NCBI RefSeq assembly: GCF_001194135.2
Contig: NC_068997.1
Coordinates: 39,609,760 to 39,673,759 of the forward strand
Source: Octopus bimaculoides
Taxonomy: Eukaryota
Length of the DNA stretch: 64,000 nt
Reading direction: 5' to 3'
Of the stretch, positions 39,011-51,681 are shown one piece after another. The number at the start of each line of letters is the position of its first letter. Position 1 is the first letter of the stretch. The notes below the pieces were generated by a model. It saw only the letters and a list, made by a program, of their open reading frames with translations. It did no database searches and had not been told where the DNA came from. The translations under genes and the position numbers were made by a program.

Positions 39011-39064
39011 CTAAACGTAATACAATGTTTTATCTTCTGTCGGACGTATTACAAACAACAGTGA

Positions 39065-39187
39065 TCGCCTTTGTCTTTCATCCTTTCGGGGTCGATGAAT
39101 AAGTACATGTTGAGTATGATGGTCAATATAATCAACTGACCCACTCCTCTAAAATTGCTGGCCTTGTGCCTAAAATTTGAAATCAAT
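39065..39187 (+). mobile_element. SINE family A, 3' half
   Basis: TTTGTCTTTCATCCTTTCGGGGTCGATGAATAAGTAC...AAAATTGCTGGCCTTGTGCCTAAAATTTGAAA. Confidence 0.75.
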
Positions 39188-39449
39188 AATCAAAATGATA
39201 GGTGTTCAATTTTGACATAGAAATGCGACCATCTTAAAAAGACAAACTGCGCGAAAATGTATCGGGCAAACGGCGACCTTATACGCACAAATACATCTAT
39301 GTGTCGTAAGTTGCAGCTTACTCAGCCCTCCGTGCGGGTGCTGTCAGTAGACGAAGAGGTGGATACTTTAAGCTTGTCAAATAAAAAACTGGAGCAAGGC
39401 AGGAGGTTCACACCATAATAGCTATCCAACATTTCAGCAATAGCTTCTT

Positions 39450-41200
39450 CTAAATCTATTTTTGTGAGTTCTTATTGGAACCCCGTTCTAGTTCCTAGGC
39501 ATCTGCAGATATGGATGAAACTAAACCCCAATAAATACATTACGACCGGTCAAGCAACCGACAAAGCTATTATTGCTGGTCTACGTGGATTGCCTCACTT
39601 GTTACATACCGACTTCTCTTGGTGCTATTGTTACGTCTTCATATTCTTTCAGTATAGTAACAACACCTTAGCACCAGCATCCCATTTCGACATTCTTAGT
39701 TTCTCAAAAGTCTGATGTTAAAGAGAACCGAAACTATGATTCAGAGCAACCCACATGGGTTGCTATATATTCCGACTACCAAGGACTTGCCGCTGTGCAT
39801 GAAAGCAATTCAGCCTCTGAAAACTTTACCGAAGGCGACTAAACTTTAGAATTATCTAAACTAGAGTAATTCCGTCCTCATTACGGTGTATCGCATAGAG
39901 AAGTTGTTGTTAAAAATATATCTTCGTGCAAGCGTCATTTCTTTCAAGAGAATCGATGCCGAAGTACTCAATTCTGCATGGAGCAGCTATAAAACGAAAC
40001 CTATCGACAATGCCCTTGGTTCACGTCTTTCCTCATCAACTTCACCGTTTCTTGGCCAACACAACTGAGAATATTCCACGAAGTTTGTTGCCAGTTGCCA
40101 AAGATATCTAAGATCTGACTGGACAAGGTTAGTATGTATTGTAAAGTTCGTTTGGTAAACGTCCATGCGCGGTGATTATCATATCTCAGTTACCCTTGTC
40201 GGTGTTTTGCAGTATATCACCTTTTCTGTCTTGAATTACAGATGGTCGTCGAATCAGGAACAGAAATCCACGGTCGTCTTTCCTTCTTCATAGCAGCACT
40301 CACTTAAGGTGTTGCTGAAGATTCGTACACAATCAAATAGTACGAACATGTTGTCGTCTCTAAAGAATATCGATTTGTTGTCGAGTTATGTCTCTACCAA
40401 TGGAGTTAACCAATCAGCTACTCTGATGGATGGACTTTAGCTCGGACGCATTTCAGTTGTAGCATTTTGATCGCACCAGCACTAAAAGCTTTCTTCAGCA
40501 GTGATTACCTACTCCCTCCCCTCAATCTACTGTTATATAATGCAACCGATTCTTCTATAGTAGCTTTAAAAGACACAGCCACCGCTGGTTGTTGACGATC
40601 ACTTTGTCAACTCACGTCTAATTAGTTTACTAATTCGGTTGTTGTAAGCATTTTCTACTGATGACGATATTATCGACTTCCACTGTATGAATTCCCGTCT
40701 TTGGTGACCGTGTGCATGTCACAAATTTGTGGCCAGCATTGACCCCCCCCCCCCACCATCTCTGACAACCTAAGCTATACCGATCCAAACTTTATATACA
40801 ATTTGGATGTCATACTGAGATATGTTTAAGTCATATTGACACGTTCAGGAAAGCCAGTCGGTAACTGTCAAACTGCCGGAACTGACTGAGTAGATGTGCA
40901 GTTTCACTTCTCTACTTATCTACTCGCGCGTGTATTGGTGTGAAATGCCACTCTGATAATCCCAATATTATTATTGAACCGAGAGTTTCAAAGCAAGCTT
41001 TTACTCGGCTAAAGAAGTCTAGTTGCCGTGTCTCAGTCAAGAAATTAGCCATCACCATTAGGAAAATACTACCATGAGATTCAGGAAAATCTACTTTACA
41101 TTGGAAGTTAAATCTTCCCGAAAAATCACAGCTCCACACTCAATATGGCTGGCCGAACGAGGCACAAATCAGAAAGTGATTTAGACGTGCAGGTCAATGT
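39450..41200. mobile_element. Very decayed retroelement-like coding relic, family unresolved
   Basis: Higher GC than the flanks, with RT-like scraps (plus strand FSTDDDII, NFIYNL, RVSKQAFTRL; minus strand FVLFDC). Motif spacing is not convincing. Confidence 0.25.
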
Positions 41201-41289
41201 GTTCAGGATCTTCTGGTCATGCTAATAGCTATTACATCTTTATCAGTGGCCTTGTGTCGTTAACTAATGAATCCTAACGAGCAGGTCCT

Positions 41290-41490
41290 TAGAATCTGAA
41301 GTCAAATCTGCTGAGTTCAACTTTACTTCCCATCCTTTCGGTGTCGATAAAATACCAGTCAAGTACTAATACTGTGAACAATGTTATGGACTTACCAGTC
41401 TACTAATTCTGTGTCTACTAATACCAGTCTACTAGCACTGTGATCAATGTTATGGACTTACCAACTCTTCCCACATTTACTGGACACGTG
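41290..41490 (+). mobile_element. SINE relic with internal tandem duplication
   Basis: CATCCTTTCGGTGTCGATAAAATACCAGTCAAGTAC core; ACTGTGA.CAATGTTATGGACTTACCA occurs twice. Confidence 0.6.
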
Positions 41491-41559
41491 CAAAAATATG
41501 ATGCTAATATTTTGTAGATTGAGGCAAATTTCTACTGCATTACCTGCTACATCTCCGAG

Positions 41560-42010
41560 TTGCTTGAGTGTGTAGAAACTCTTCTCGGTATTGTATTGGA
41601 TTAGCATTTTTCCTTGAGGTGTCGTGTTGTCTTTTGTTGTGTTACTGCTTGTATTGTGTGTTGAGTGTGTAATGCTTTGGTTTTCTAGCTTGCTGCTGGG
41701 AGTTTATTTCACTGGGTAAATGCTGTATAGAGTGTGTTTTATATTTATGGGTTTTGTTTAGGTTACATCATTATTGGGTTGATAGTGTCTTACGTAGGAT
41801 GTGGGTTGTTCCTAGCAGGGCTATTTTTTGGACAGTGTGTAGTGTTGAAGATCCAGGTATAGCTTCTAAATGTTTGTTTATATGAATTTTTTATCATGCC
41901 CAATGCTCCAATTACTATTGGTATTGTTTTTACCTTCATGATCCACATTTTGAATACTTCAATTTCGATGTCTTTGTACTTTCAATTTCGAAGTCTTTGT
42001 GCTTCTAGTT
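41560..42010 (-). mobile_element. R4/Dong LINE 3' end
   Basis: Minus strand KYKDIEIEVFKMWIMKVKTIPIVIGALGMIK...QKIALLGTTHILRKTLS, with a stop at 41771. Confidence 0.85.
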
Positions 42011-42062
42011 TCGAGGTTTTCATACTTTTTCTTGTTGTTGCTATTGTTGTTGTTGTTGTTGC

Positions 42063-42116
<54 letters not shown>

Positions 42117-42117
<1 letters not shown>

Positions 42118-42251
42118 GAGTGACAGAGCAGTGTATGCCATCAAAGTGACACCAGGGTAAAATATACGAAGCCCAGTATACCCATCATGACTCCGTCTGA
42201 TAAGGGTACACGAGGCATATGCATCACAACCATATATACGCTACATGGTGA

Positions 42252-42252
<1 letters not shown>
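42117..42252 (-). mobile_element. 3' fragment of repeat family B' (see 414-975)
   Basis: Reverse complement aligns to about 845-975; flanked by (ATT)n arrays. Confidence 0.8.
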
Positions 42253-42312
<60 letters not shown>

Positions 42313-42339
42313 GCTATTTCCTTTCGTGTGTTACTGTTC

Positions 42340-42920
42340 TTCAGGAGATTATCTGCCAGTTCAGTGATCTAGGGTTAGTATAAGAGACTACCAGCTGCCC
42401 GTGCTATAGGTCTACCCTCGCCGCACTACTGATGCTATTCAGGTGAAAGGTAAGCGCTAATGCAGCTTGGCTTCAATTTTGTCGCAGAAGTTATAAGAAC
42501 CATATTAAAAACAACATTAACTTGATCAATGTCTACGTTCCGATCCTCTGTTCTACACAAGGTACAAAAAAAAAAGCAAATTCTATGAACAATTATCAAG
42601 AAAATCTCAGGAAACTCTAATCCGGGAACAGCTACTGCTGCTTGGCGACTCCAGCACCAGAGGGGTTGCTGAGGTGGTATGTGATGGGTAACATGAATGA
42701 TTACAGAACACGATTCCGAGCCTTTTATACACAAAACCCGCGGCGCTCCAAACATTGATATCAACCAGACTTGATCCTCATATGACGCTATTACTTGCGG
42801 AATATGCTCAGGATTTGATCCTTCCAGAGCGCTGAGGGTGATATAGCTCAGTCATTAGTTAGCTGTGAGGTTTATGACATCAGCCAAAGAAGATTCACTT
42901 GAAGATAGATTTATTGCTTT
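42340..42920 (+). mobile_element. RTE-clade LINE, APE endonuclease relic
   Basis: NINLINVYVP...(frameshift) KFYEQL......EQLLLLGDSSTRG, matching the APE motifs VYAP / FY / LLGDFNAR. Confidence 0.75.
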
Positions 42921-45470
42921 GAAGTAAATTCAAGCAAGCTCACTGCTCTTATTCAGGCAGTGAGCTGAACTATTCGAACATAAACGTTCTTTCTATTCAG
43001 AACAGGATCTCGCTTCTAGAAAATGCAAAGAACTTCTAGAAAATGCAAAGGACACAATAAACCGCTCTTCAACCTACAAATGCCTTATACCTTGCGAGTA
43101 AAGACTGCTTGCATTAACCCCTTAATATTCGGAGTGGAGTAATACGGAGTGTGAATTGGATTCCACCATGACTAGCATCTTCGCTGTCAAGCTGAAGCAC
43201 ATCTTTAAAACTGTTATAAAAAGGTCTTTTGCCACTGTTGTGTCTGTTATATTTTTTCCTCTTGGCATCTATTTTCGGGAACTGTGTATGTTTTTTTTTC
43301 CTTTCACTTGTACGCCTCGGTTCAATCACCTGCAGTGACGTTGGTACTTGGAACGTAACGTGCAATCATTCCAAGGGTTCCTCCAACTTTTTGGTTTGCT
43401 TTCCACGAATCTCTTTTTCAGTTGATTCCTGTGTCTCTTTTGTATACCTTTTCTACTTTTTACCTAATACATCGTTTTACCTATGCATTTCGTAGTTTTG
43501 TCCTCTTCCCAGTTCTGCTTTCCATTTTTGTATGCCCTCATATACACCTTTTCACCAACTTTAAAAATCTTGCTGTGCTTTCCCTGGACTTGTTATTTTC
43601 TTGCCAGGTAGCAATTTATCAAAAACTAACTTTAGTTTCCTTGCAAATATCAGCTCCACTGGTAATTTCGGATTTGGTGTTAAACGGTACGTTATTAAAA
43701 ATTGTTGAAGAGCTACCTCATCCGTGCTTTCCTTAAAGTTGTTTTGAAGGTATGAACAAAGCTTTTTGCCTGTCCATTATATCTGGAATGTTATGGCACC
43801 GTAGTTATATGTTCTACAGCGAACATATCACAATTTTTTTTTACTTTGTTAGACACGGCTTGCGTTTAATTGTCAGATACTTTCTTGTCTGGGATGCCAA
43901 ATCTTACAAGCAATTCGTGTAAACACTATCACAGTTGAGAAAGTTGGTTTTTAATATTTGCAAATTGCAGACCATTTTGAAAAACTATCTATTACCACTT
44001 AGTAGTATGAACCGTTTAAAGGACCAACGAAATCGATCAGTAGTCTCGACTACGGAACGTTTACTTTTGAACAATATTTACTTCTTATTGTGGACAATTT
44101 TTTCGCGAACGGTACATTTTATTTTGATTTAAATATATGTATGCCACTTTACTTTACTGCGCTGTTTGTGTTTCAGTCCATCGGCAGCATTTGGACTTTC
44201 GACTGAGGCGACTATATTTCCACACAAAACAATTATGGACTAATTCCATAAATTGAATAGTTCTATCCACTCTGTGCCAAATAAATTAAGTGATGTTTTA
44301 ATACATAAATCTTAGCTTTTTTCGATGACAAACTATTTACTTTTTTCTCATTGTTCTGACCGTTTATCATCCTCGTTCTACAGTGCCACTTTATGTCCTA
44401 TATTTCCACAATGAAAACACTCCGCTTTTTAAATGGACAGTTTTTCCTTAGGTGCATACCACCATATGCAAAACGTGGGTTTAAATCCTGATGTTTTTCG
44501 TCATTTTTGAAAACACATTAACTCTATTCAGACTATTCTGTACTGGTTTTACTTGGAAACAATCTTTACGTTCAATTTCCTTTTGTGTCGTGTCTTAATT
44601 TAAGTATCCTTTCACATTCTTCAGGCACTTTTTGCAGTGTTACATGTTGGTTTTACTCTAGCCTTGCAAGAATTCTAATTCTGACTTCTGCGTAATATTC
44701 GGCAGTTAGTCCCTGTATAAAAATCAAGCGTTTGAACATATCTGGGGTTAATTCGTCCAGCTTAAACTTCTCGCATTCCCTATTTACTCTACTAGAATAT
44801 GTGATAAAGACTTCGTTATTGTTTTTTCTCTGTATTCAGACACTTCCAACGTGTGTTGAACAATGCGCTTTTGTCACTGAAAAATTTACACAATATATCA
44901 ATCTGTCATTAAAATTTACGTTCGAAAGTTTTCTGGGGAGTGCAAAACTACTGTATCGTTCATGTTCTGTAGGTGCCAGTTTTCTCAAAGTTAAACGTGT
45001 TTTCGTTTCGTCGTTGCAATATTTACAGTCTTTCTCGAAAATTTGCTCGTATCTTCTGTAGTATGGTTCGAAGGTAACTCTTTCGTCAGGTTCGTATTTG
45101 AATTCAGTTACTGAAATCGCAACATAGACTGGCGGGAATGCTTTCTCTGGCTTTCCTGAAGGCTTCAGTAATTGCAGCATTTATTGCTGTAATATTATTT
45201 ATTGCTGTTGCTTCTCTTGTTGCTCTTGCAGTTGTATCTTATGGTATTATTGCTGTTGCTGTTCTTTCAGCTGCTGTTGCTGCTTTTGCAACTCAAGAAA
45301 ACCGGCCAGCAAATTTTCCATAATTTTACGACTTTTCATAAACTTTACACAACAAAATCTTTGTGAACTAGGTAATTCCTCTACGAGTTTCTATTAACGT
45401 GAATTGGTTAATCCTCGTCAACTTTATCAATTTCTCTTCGAGTCTCTATGAACTCCACATGAATTGGTTT

Positions 45471-45483
45471 ATCCTCGTCACCA
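45471..45483 (-). promoter_or_regulatory. Primer-binding site, tRNA-Ser(GCU)-type
   Basis: TAACA-G-TGGTGACGAGGAT; one mismatch to the complement of the Ser-GCU 3' end ATCCTCGTCGCCA. Confidence 0.7.
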
Positions 45484-45484
45484 C

Positions 45485-45817
45485 TGTTACAAAGCGGTCT
45501 TTTGCTTCTGTTGTATCTGTCATTGTACGACGGTTATCGCTCTGACAGATAGTGTTATAGTCCGAAGTCATCGATAGGATATTTCTATCTGGTACTATGC
45601 GACCCCCAGTCGTACAGTGTTTTTATCCCCCCAAAAGGTTGGATCGTTATAACGTCCACTCAGTATCGCAGTATAATTACTAGATCAGTACAAACACGAC
45701 TAACAATACAGTCTAACATGCATTGTCCCGATACCGGCCGACGTAATCTTAAAGTGATTGGATCATTCTAATCGTCACGTGTCAAGAGTGTACCATTGTT
45801 ATTAATTCCTTACAACA
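45485..45817 (-). repeat. Putative 5' LTR of the Gypsy element
   Basis: Ends in TAACA next to the PBS; the probable start is TGTTGTAAGG at 45817. There is no second LTR to confirm the outer edge. Confidence 0.55.
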
Positions 45818-45849
45818 AAAAACATCAACTGATAATGTTTACCTTCGCA

Positions 45850-46290
45850 CAAGATCAAACAGGAAACTACTCAGTCAATCATGGTGGAGGCGAAAACCAA
45901 AGTACGCGAAGTATTCATCGAATGCACACTGTTTGCAGTTAATTCAGCACGAGCGGTACACTCAGTGGAACAATTGCAATGACTCGTGGACAGTCTAACA
46001 AAAGCCTGTCAAGACTTCGAATTGGCGTTCATTTTAAAACTACTGTGTTAAGGTGTTGAGCAATCACCTGCCATTATTGTTAACAACTGGGTATAGTGTA
46101 GGAGTTCACGTAGACTCGACTTCACCATCAAGATCAATTTCTCAAGAGTCAGAGATCAACAAATGTATTGAAAAGCAACCGCGACTCTAGCTAACGGGAG
46201 AGCAGTAAATTAATTGTGAGCAACAAGGATGCGAGTCACAATTCCAATATCCTTCAGCCTTTCGGTAGCAGTTTGAGTGTTGGACAAATT
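45850..46290 (+). mobile_element. RTE-clade LINE, reverse transcriptase relic
   Basis: KTKVREVFIECTLFAVNSARAVHSVEQLQ*LVDSLTKACQDFEL corresponds to KTKV...LFADDAA..AHS...LQ.L.D....AC.DFGL. Confidence 0.8.
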
Positions 46291-46294
46291 ACCA

Positions 46295-47635
46295 AAGGAA
46301 CGATTGTAATCTTAGTCTTCCTCAATCCCTTTATTTCTCTGGTTAGATCCTGATATTTCTCACTTTTTTCAAAGTATTTGCTTTCTACTTTATTATCATA
46401 TGATATTACGAAGTCTGTTATCTTACATTGTTTCTCCCTTTTTTGTTTCTTTGTTTCCTTTTGGTCCTCTAGAATCGCATCCGATCTTCTTGCTTCAATA
46501 GTAAAGTCAACCTATTTGGAGAAATTCCATAAAACCCGGTAATTATTCTTTTGCATCACAACACCTGAATTGTGCTCACCCCACTTTGCTGCTACTTTGA
46601 ATTCATGCACTCGGCTCACATCACAATGCACTCTGTTATCTATACACACATGTCTGCACTTGTACACTTTCTGTGCTATCATACAGCAATAATTGAACAG
46701 ATGGTTAATAATTTCATCTCCTCTTCTTCAGATTCTGCATTTGCACTCTGAATTTATCAATCTTTGCTTTTATTTAAAACGTTCTCATAAATCGTTTCTG
46801 AGTCATTATAAAGAGCGATTCAGCTTCTTGCTTCAAGTCGCCATATGTCAGATACAACCAGTGTTCTTTATTTCTAACATCTATGATTTGTTACATGAAT
46901 TGGTTAAGAAATTCCTTTTCTTTCTTGTTAATTGTCCTATTGTTTTCCATTCTATCCTTGAATTCCTACTGTTTCAATAATGTTTTAGATATTGAGTGTA
47001 GTGCGTTTTGCATTAGGTACAGCTTCCAGTTCTAAGAAGTGTAACTCTGTCTTTGTCGATTTTAGAAAAGGAGCAGATCATTGTAATACTGGTATGGCCC
47101 ATATATGTACTGCTTTGATTATATCCCGCCCCCCATTTCATCTTGTTTTGAGCACCTTGTTTTGAGCACCTTGTTTATTCTTCTTTTGTACACTTTAGAG
47201 ATGTTTTTCATTTATTTTTCCATTATCCTATCGACCTGGAGAATCTCTAGGTATTTCTATCTCTCATTATTTCTCACTGATCAAATGATATCAGAATTTA
47301 TCTATGAGACTCTCTTCATCATTAACGTTGCACACTTATTTGCCCGAAACCTCGTACCAATACCCTTGTTAAATGCTATTAGTGTTTGGATTTAAAAATC
47401 TAGGTTTTACTTATTTAATTCGCTACACCCATATATAGCAAGCGATATATTTTCCCTCGTTTTGGCAAACAGGAGTGTCTCTGGAATATCCTTCTGCATA
47501 TTTCCCCATTCTCCAACGATTCTTTTGTGCATATTAGATCTATTTTTCACGATATCATTGCTTTTTCTAAAATCACTCAACCAGCGGTATAGAATATTAT
47601 CATAAGCTTTCTTGTAAGTCTATCCAGTCAACAAA
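46295..47635 (-). mobile_element. Decayed R4/Dong LINE (RT thumb, CCHC, RLE)
   Basis: Minus-strand motifs DRLTRKLM, V.R...PR..GG.G, cysteine-rich segment, RPD and K..KYQDL; truncated at the PLVI motif. Confidence 0.78.
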
Positions 47636-47728
47636 TGAGCTGTTGTTATTTTTGTTATTGCTGTCGCTGCTGCTACTGCTGCTGCTGCTGCTGCTGCTGT
47701 TGTTGTTGTTGTTGTTGTTCTTCTTCTT

Positions 47729-47761
<33 letters not shown>

Positions 47762-47898
47762 GTAATATACTGTTTATACTTCCCTTCTTTGCTATTGTAT
47801 ACCGTATATACTTCCCTTTATTTTTATCATTTCAATATATGTAAACCCACACATTTTATGTCTCTCATTGCATTGTCCCCCTCATCCTTCGCTCTAGT

Positions 47899-48099
47899 AG
47901 CAAAGCTGGCAGAATCGTTAGCGCTCTGGATAAAACGCTTAGCGGTATTTCGTCCGTCTTTACGTTCTCGGTTCAAATTCCACCGAGGTTGACTTTGCCT
48001 TTCATCTTTCCGGGGGTCGATAAATTAAGTATCAGTTGAGTACTGAAGTCGATGTAATCGACTTACCCTCTTCTCTGAACTTGCTGGTCTTGTGCCTGA
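47899..48099 (+). mobile_element. SINE family A
   Basis: AGCTGGCAGAATCGTTAGCG...GGTTCAAATTCCACCGAGGTTGACTTTGCCTTTCATC. Confidence 0.88.
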
Positions 48100-49000
48100 T
48101 GTGCGACACGTTTATCCGCAACTCATCTCATTCAGAGAGCTGCAATCATGGATCAAGCGTAGACCAATGTTGGGCATTTGGTATCTAGAATGCTGCCAGG
48201 AGCTCACTGCATTGTACCAGCTGCACAAAACCGTTAGTAAGGAAGCAACTCAAGATTTCTATAGAGAGTTAGTTGAGAGGTTATGAGCGATGATGGCCTA
48301 GGGTTGAATCTAAGCATCGATGAGAACAGTCTGAGTAGTCTCTTTGGGTCGAAGATCATGGACAATTTCCAAAAGTCTTTGGCATGACAGTGCTACAGGG
48401 GAGTATTGCTTGTTCGAGACAAGCTCTTCAGGCACAGAAGTGTCAACAGCCGAACCTGCCCGAGATGCCTGCAGGGGGATGAAACCGCGCTGCATGCAAC
48501 CATTCAGTGTCCGTGCATTAGAGAGTAGTGGGATTGTATGGAGCAGCTGTTGTCACGTGTAAGACAAATTCGGCTGTCTGCCAAGTGTATAGTGAAGATC
48601 GACGCATCACCTTCCCTTAGCAGAGAAGGAAGGCAGATCTTTCTCAGCGTAGTGTCTGTAGCAAATGAGAGTGTGTGGTAGACCCGTTTGAAAGGTTTGA
48701 AAACAGGCACTTCCTATCTGGCCAAGCTCTCACCAATTTCTTCAAATATCATTTGAAGAGGAAAGTGAGAGTAGCGAAGGAGATGCTGCCTTCTAGTCTG
48801 TTTATCAAAAGATGATCGACATTGGCAAGACTGGTGGACGGAATGGGTCGATTCAGAGACTCCTTTTTTCTAAGCAGGAGGAAACAAACTAGAAGAGGGT
48901 ACTTTCCTATGCCTAGGGGATGGTAAAGTAATCCGGAATTTTTGCGCGGGGTTTAACTCAGATTACTCTCAGTGGGCTACCCCGCTATTGGGGATTCTAT

Positions 49001-49035
<35 letters not shown>

Positions 49036-49040
49036 TTATT
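48100..49040 (+). mobile_element. Tx1/L1-clade LINE 3' end
   Basis: Frameshifted ...RDKLFRH...RTCPRCLQGDETALHA.IQCP (C-terminal CCHC knuckle), VW.TRLKGL, HLKRKVRV; ends in a (TTTA)n tail at about 49000-49037. Confidence 0.75.
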
Positions 49041-49167
49041 CATTTCTTTGATTTCTATTAGATATCCTCTGTTATATCCTTTAATGTGGTAGTATCTACT
49101 TTTGATCGAAGTAAACCCAACCTGTTTTGTATTTTTTGTTTTCGTTTTCGTGTTTGTTTAAGGATGA

Positions 49168-49224
<57 letters not shown>

Positions 49225-49764
49225 CAGCAGCAGCAATGTATTGCCGATATTACTAAATTACTGATAAACCGGTTAAACTACCTTCAGGAACGGATATTGC
49301 GAATAAAGCAAAATATTAACGAGCACCTGTACATAAACGTTCTTCTTGAAGAGATGAAATAATATCCATCTTCTAATGCAAAATATACGAATTCAGCAAA
49401 GAAACTAAACTGAATATCCACTGAAAGCCACTTTAAAAATCGTCAAATGAATTCGCTTATAACAGTGTTAAACTTATCATAATAAGTTTATTTAAGTACA
49501 CACGTAAAAGAACGATATATGAATAAAAGAGAACAGCCATATAAATACTTATGAGTGGAGGGAAGAGGTGGTGAAAGGCAGGAAATAGAAATAGTTGAAA
49601 GTGTACAAACACAAGCTTTTCTACTTATAATCGCCAGCATTTAGACACTGCAAGTAATTAAATTAATTAAGACATTAAAGAACTTACATGGATGGCAAAA
49701 TCAGAAATTACAAATTTTGAGAGTATATGAGATTGAAAGCTGATACCTGTGCAATATTCCTATC

Positions 49765-50166
49765 ACAAATACAAACTCGTTACCTGTTCGAATATGCTTT
49801 TGGTATATTCGAACCCGCAAGGAATCTGTTCACTGTATTTTGTCACGGAAAAACATTTCTCGCTGCAGACAGATAGGTCTAAACCCATCAAGTCAGCCCG
49901 CAGCTTCTCCCAAACCAAACTGGTTGATGCATGCATTTCGGAATGGCTATCTCCCCTTCGACACCAGAGATCAGAAAGGTATACTCCGTGGAAATGCATA
50001 CATCCATTGATCTGGTTAGGGTTGCTACGAACTGACTTGGTGTGTCTACACCCATTTGTCTACAGCGAGAAATTTTCTCCAGAACGGATTGGAATATGCT
50101 TCAAGCATATTTGAACTGGTAACAAGTTCGTATTTATACACATCACTGCTTAGCGCTGTCATCCTG
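49765..50166. mobile_element. Foldback MITE with long imperfect inverted repeats
   Basis: 49765-49950 aligns with the reverse complement of 49990-50140. The right end ...CTTAGCGCTGTCATCCTG-TA resembles the termini of 60304-60396. Confidence 0.78.
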
Positions 50167-50899
50167 TATAACTGTTATATACACCTCTCGAAATTGTACG
50201 TAGTACTTGGCCTGAAATTTTTCTCGGGGTTTAATGGACATCTCTTATTTACACATATCTTATTTACATGTCTTGTTTGTCGTACCCGCCAGATATGAGC
50301 AGAAATATTTATGATTTCTATTAACTTATGATAGAATACTGCGGCATTTCGCTAATGATGTTGCCATAAGGTGCAGGATAATAAGAACCCGACAGCAATC
50401 CAGATACCACGTCCAAATTGTGAGTTAGAGATAACTTGCCTCATAAGATTACGCTTGAATATTTTCATTCATTTTGAAGATCTATGGGCCTCACCATAAT
50501 CTACTTATTAAACTGCCATATCATCGGAAAAAACAATATTTGACACCAAGCAACAAAAACCAATATTTCAAACCAAGCAACAAAAATTATATATCGATCA
50601 CTGAAAAGTCATTATTGAACAGTAATCACGGCAATAATCATCTATGAAACGCAAGTATTACCCTCCTAATCTCTTTGAAGAAGCGCTTCCGCAAAGGTTA
50701 GACAAAGAATTTATTTGTATTATTTAGATGATCAAGTATGTGAATGACATCGTTCGTGCAAGCAGAGATCATCTGCCTGGGTCCCTAAGCAAAGGAGAAT
50801 AGTCTCTCCAAAATTTCCGTTACAAATTTGAGAACCAATTTGACTCGAGAGTATTCAAATTGAGAACCAATTTAAAATGAGAATTGGTCGCTACATTAA

Positions 50900-51080
50900 T
50901 CACGAAAAAGTTGTTCCAAATACGAATTTGATGTCCAAAGGATGTAATAAGTTAAATCCTTTGAACTGGTGTAAACTAATTCGAATTCTCCTGAAACGAA
51001 TATTTGATCAGCCCATTGGAAGCCCTGCTGTCTGATAGAAAAGACAGTGAATTTTATGTAACACCATAGCTCTGTCACTC
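50900..51080 (-). mobile_element. Penelope-like reverse transcriptase relic
   Basis: CYIKF then (frameshift) FYQTAGLPMG, matching the PLE motif YF.F...YxQxxGxPMG. Confidence 0.45.
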
Positions 51081-51622
51081 GAGGCCAGCCGATGACGTTC
51101 AAGTCATCATAATGCGATTATTTAGTGTTACCATATTAATCATAGCTATATAGCCACACCTGTGTACTTACGTAATTTTGCTATCAAAGAGCCTTTACAT
51201 CATGTCCGACGTGCAATGAGTGCTATAGGAGACATGATTCCCTGATTACGTAAATTCAAACTGACCATCCGTTCTTTATCAGTTTTCAAGTAAGTGCCTA
51301 TCTGACAACTGCAATTATATTAATATATTCCAACGCTTTTTTTCACAAATTTACACTTCGATACATTTCTGTAATGTTGATCACGCACTTGTCTTTATAA
51401 TTCATTGACGGTGTTGTTGTTGTTGTTAGTGGTGATGGTGGTGGTTCTACTTGTTGATATCATTATGAAGTGATTGTTGCTAATGTACTACTCTCCTTAC
51501 CATAATTGCAGTATAGGATTACAATTTCTACAGTTGTCTTATCGTTGCAGTGCCCCCATAATACTATGCAGATATATACAGGCATAAACATATATCCAAG
51601 AAATACAAACACACGCTCACGT

Positions 51623-51681
<59 letters not shown>

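Larger units (their letters stand above)
43130..45817 (-). mobile_element. Gypsy LTR retrotransposon (Mag-like), deleted; one LTR remains
   Basis: Gag FKYEPDERVTFEPYYRRYEQIFEKDC...KL...E.ERY; CCHC relic near 44400; protease-region NLFGTEWIELFNLW; integrase IDFVGP, VIDSFSKW, RFGIPD, NGQA, FLITYRLTPNP; PBS at 45471-45483. Confidence 0.88.
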
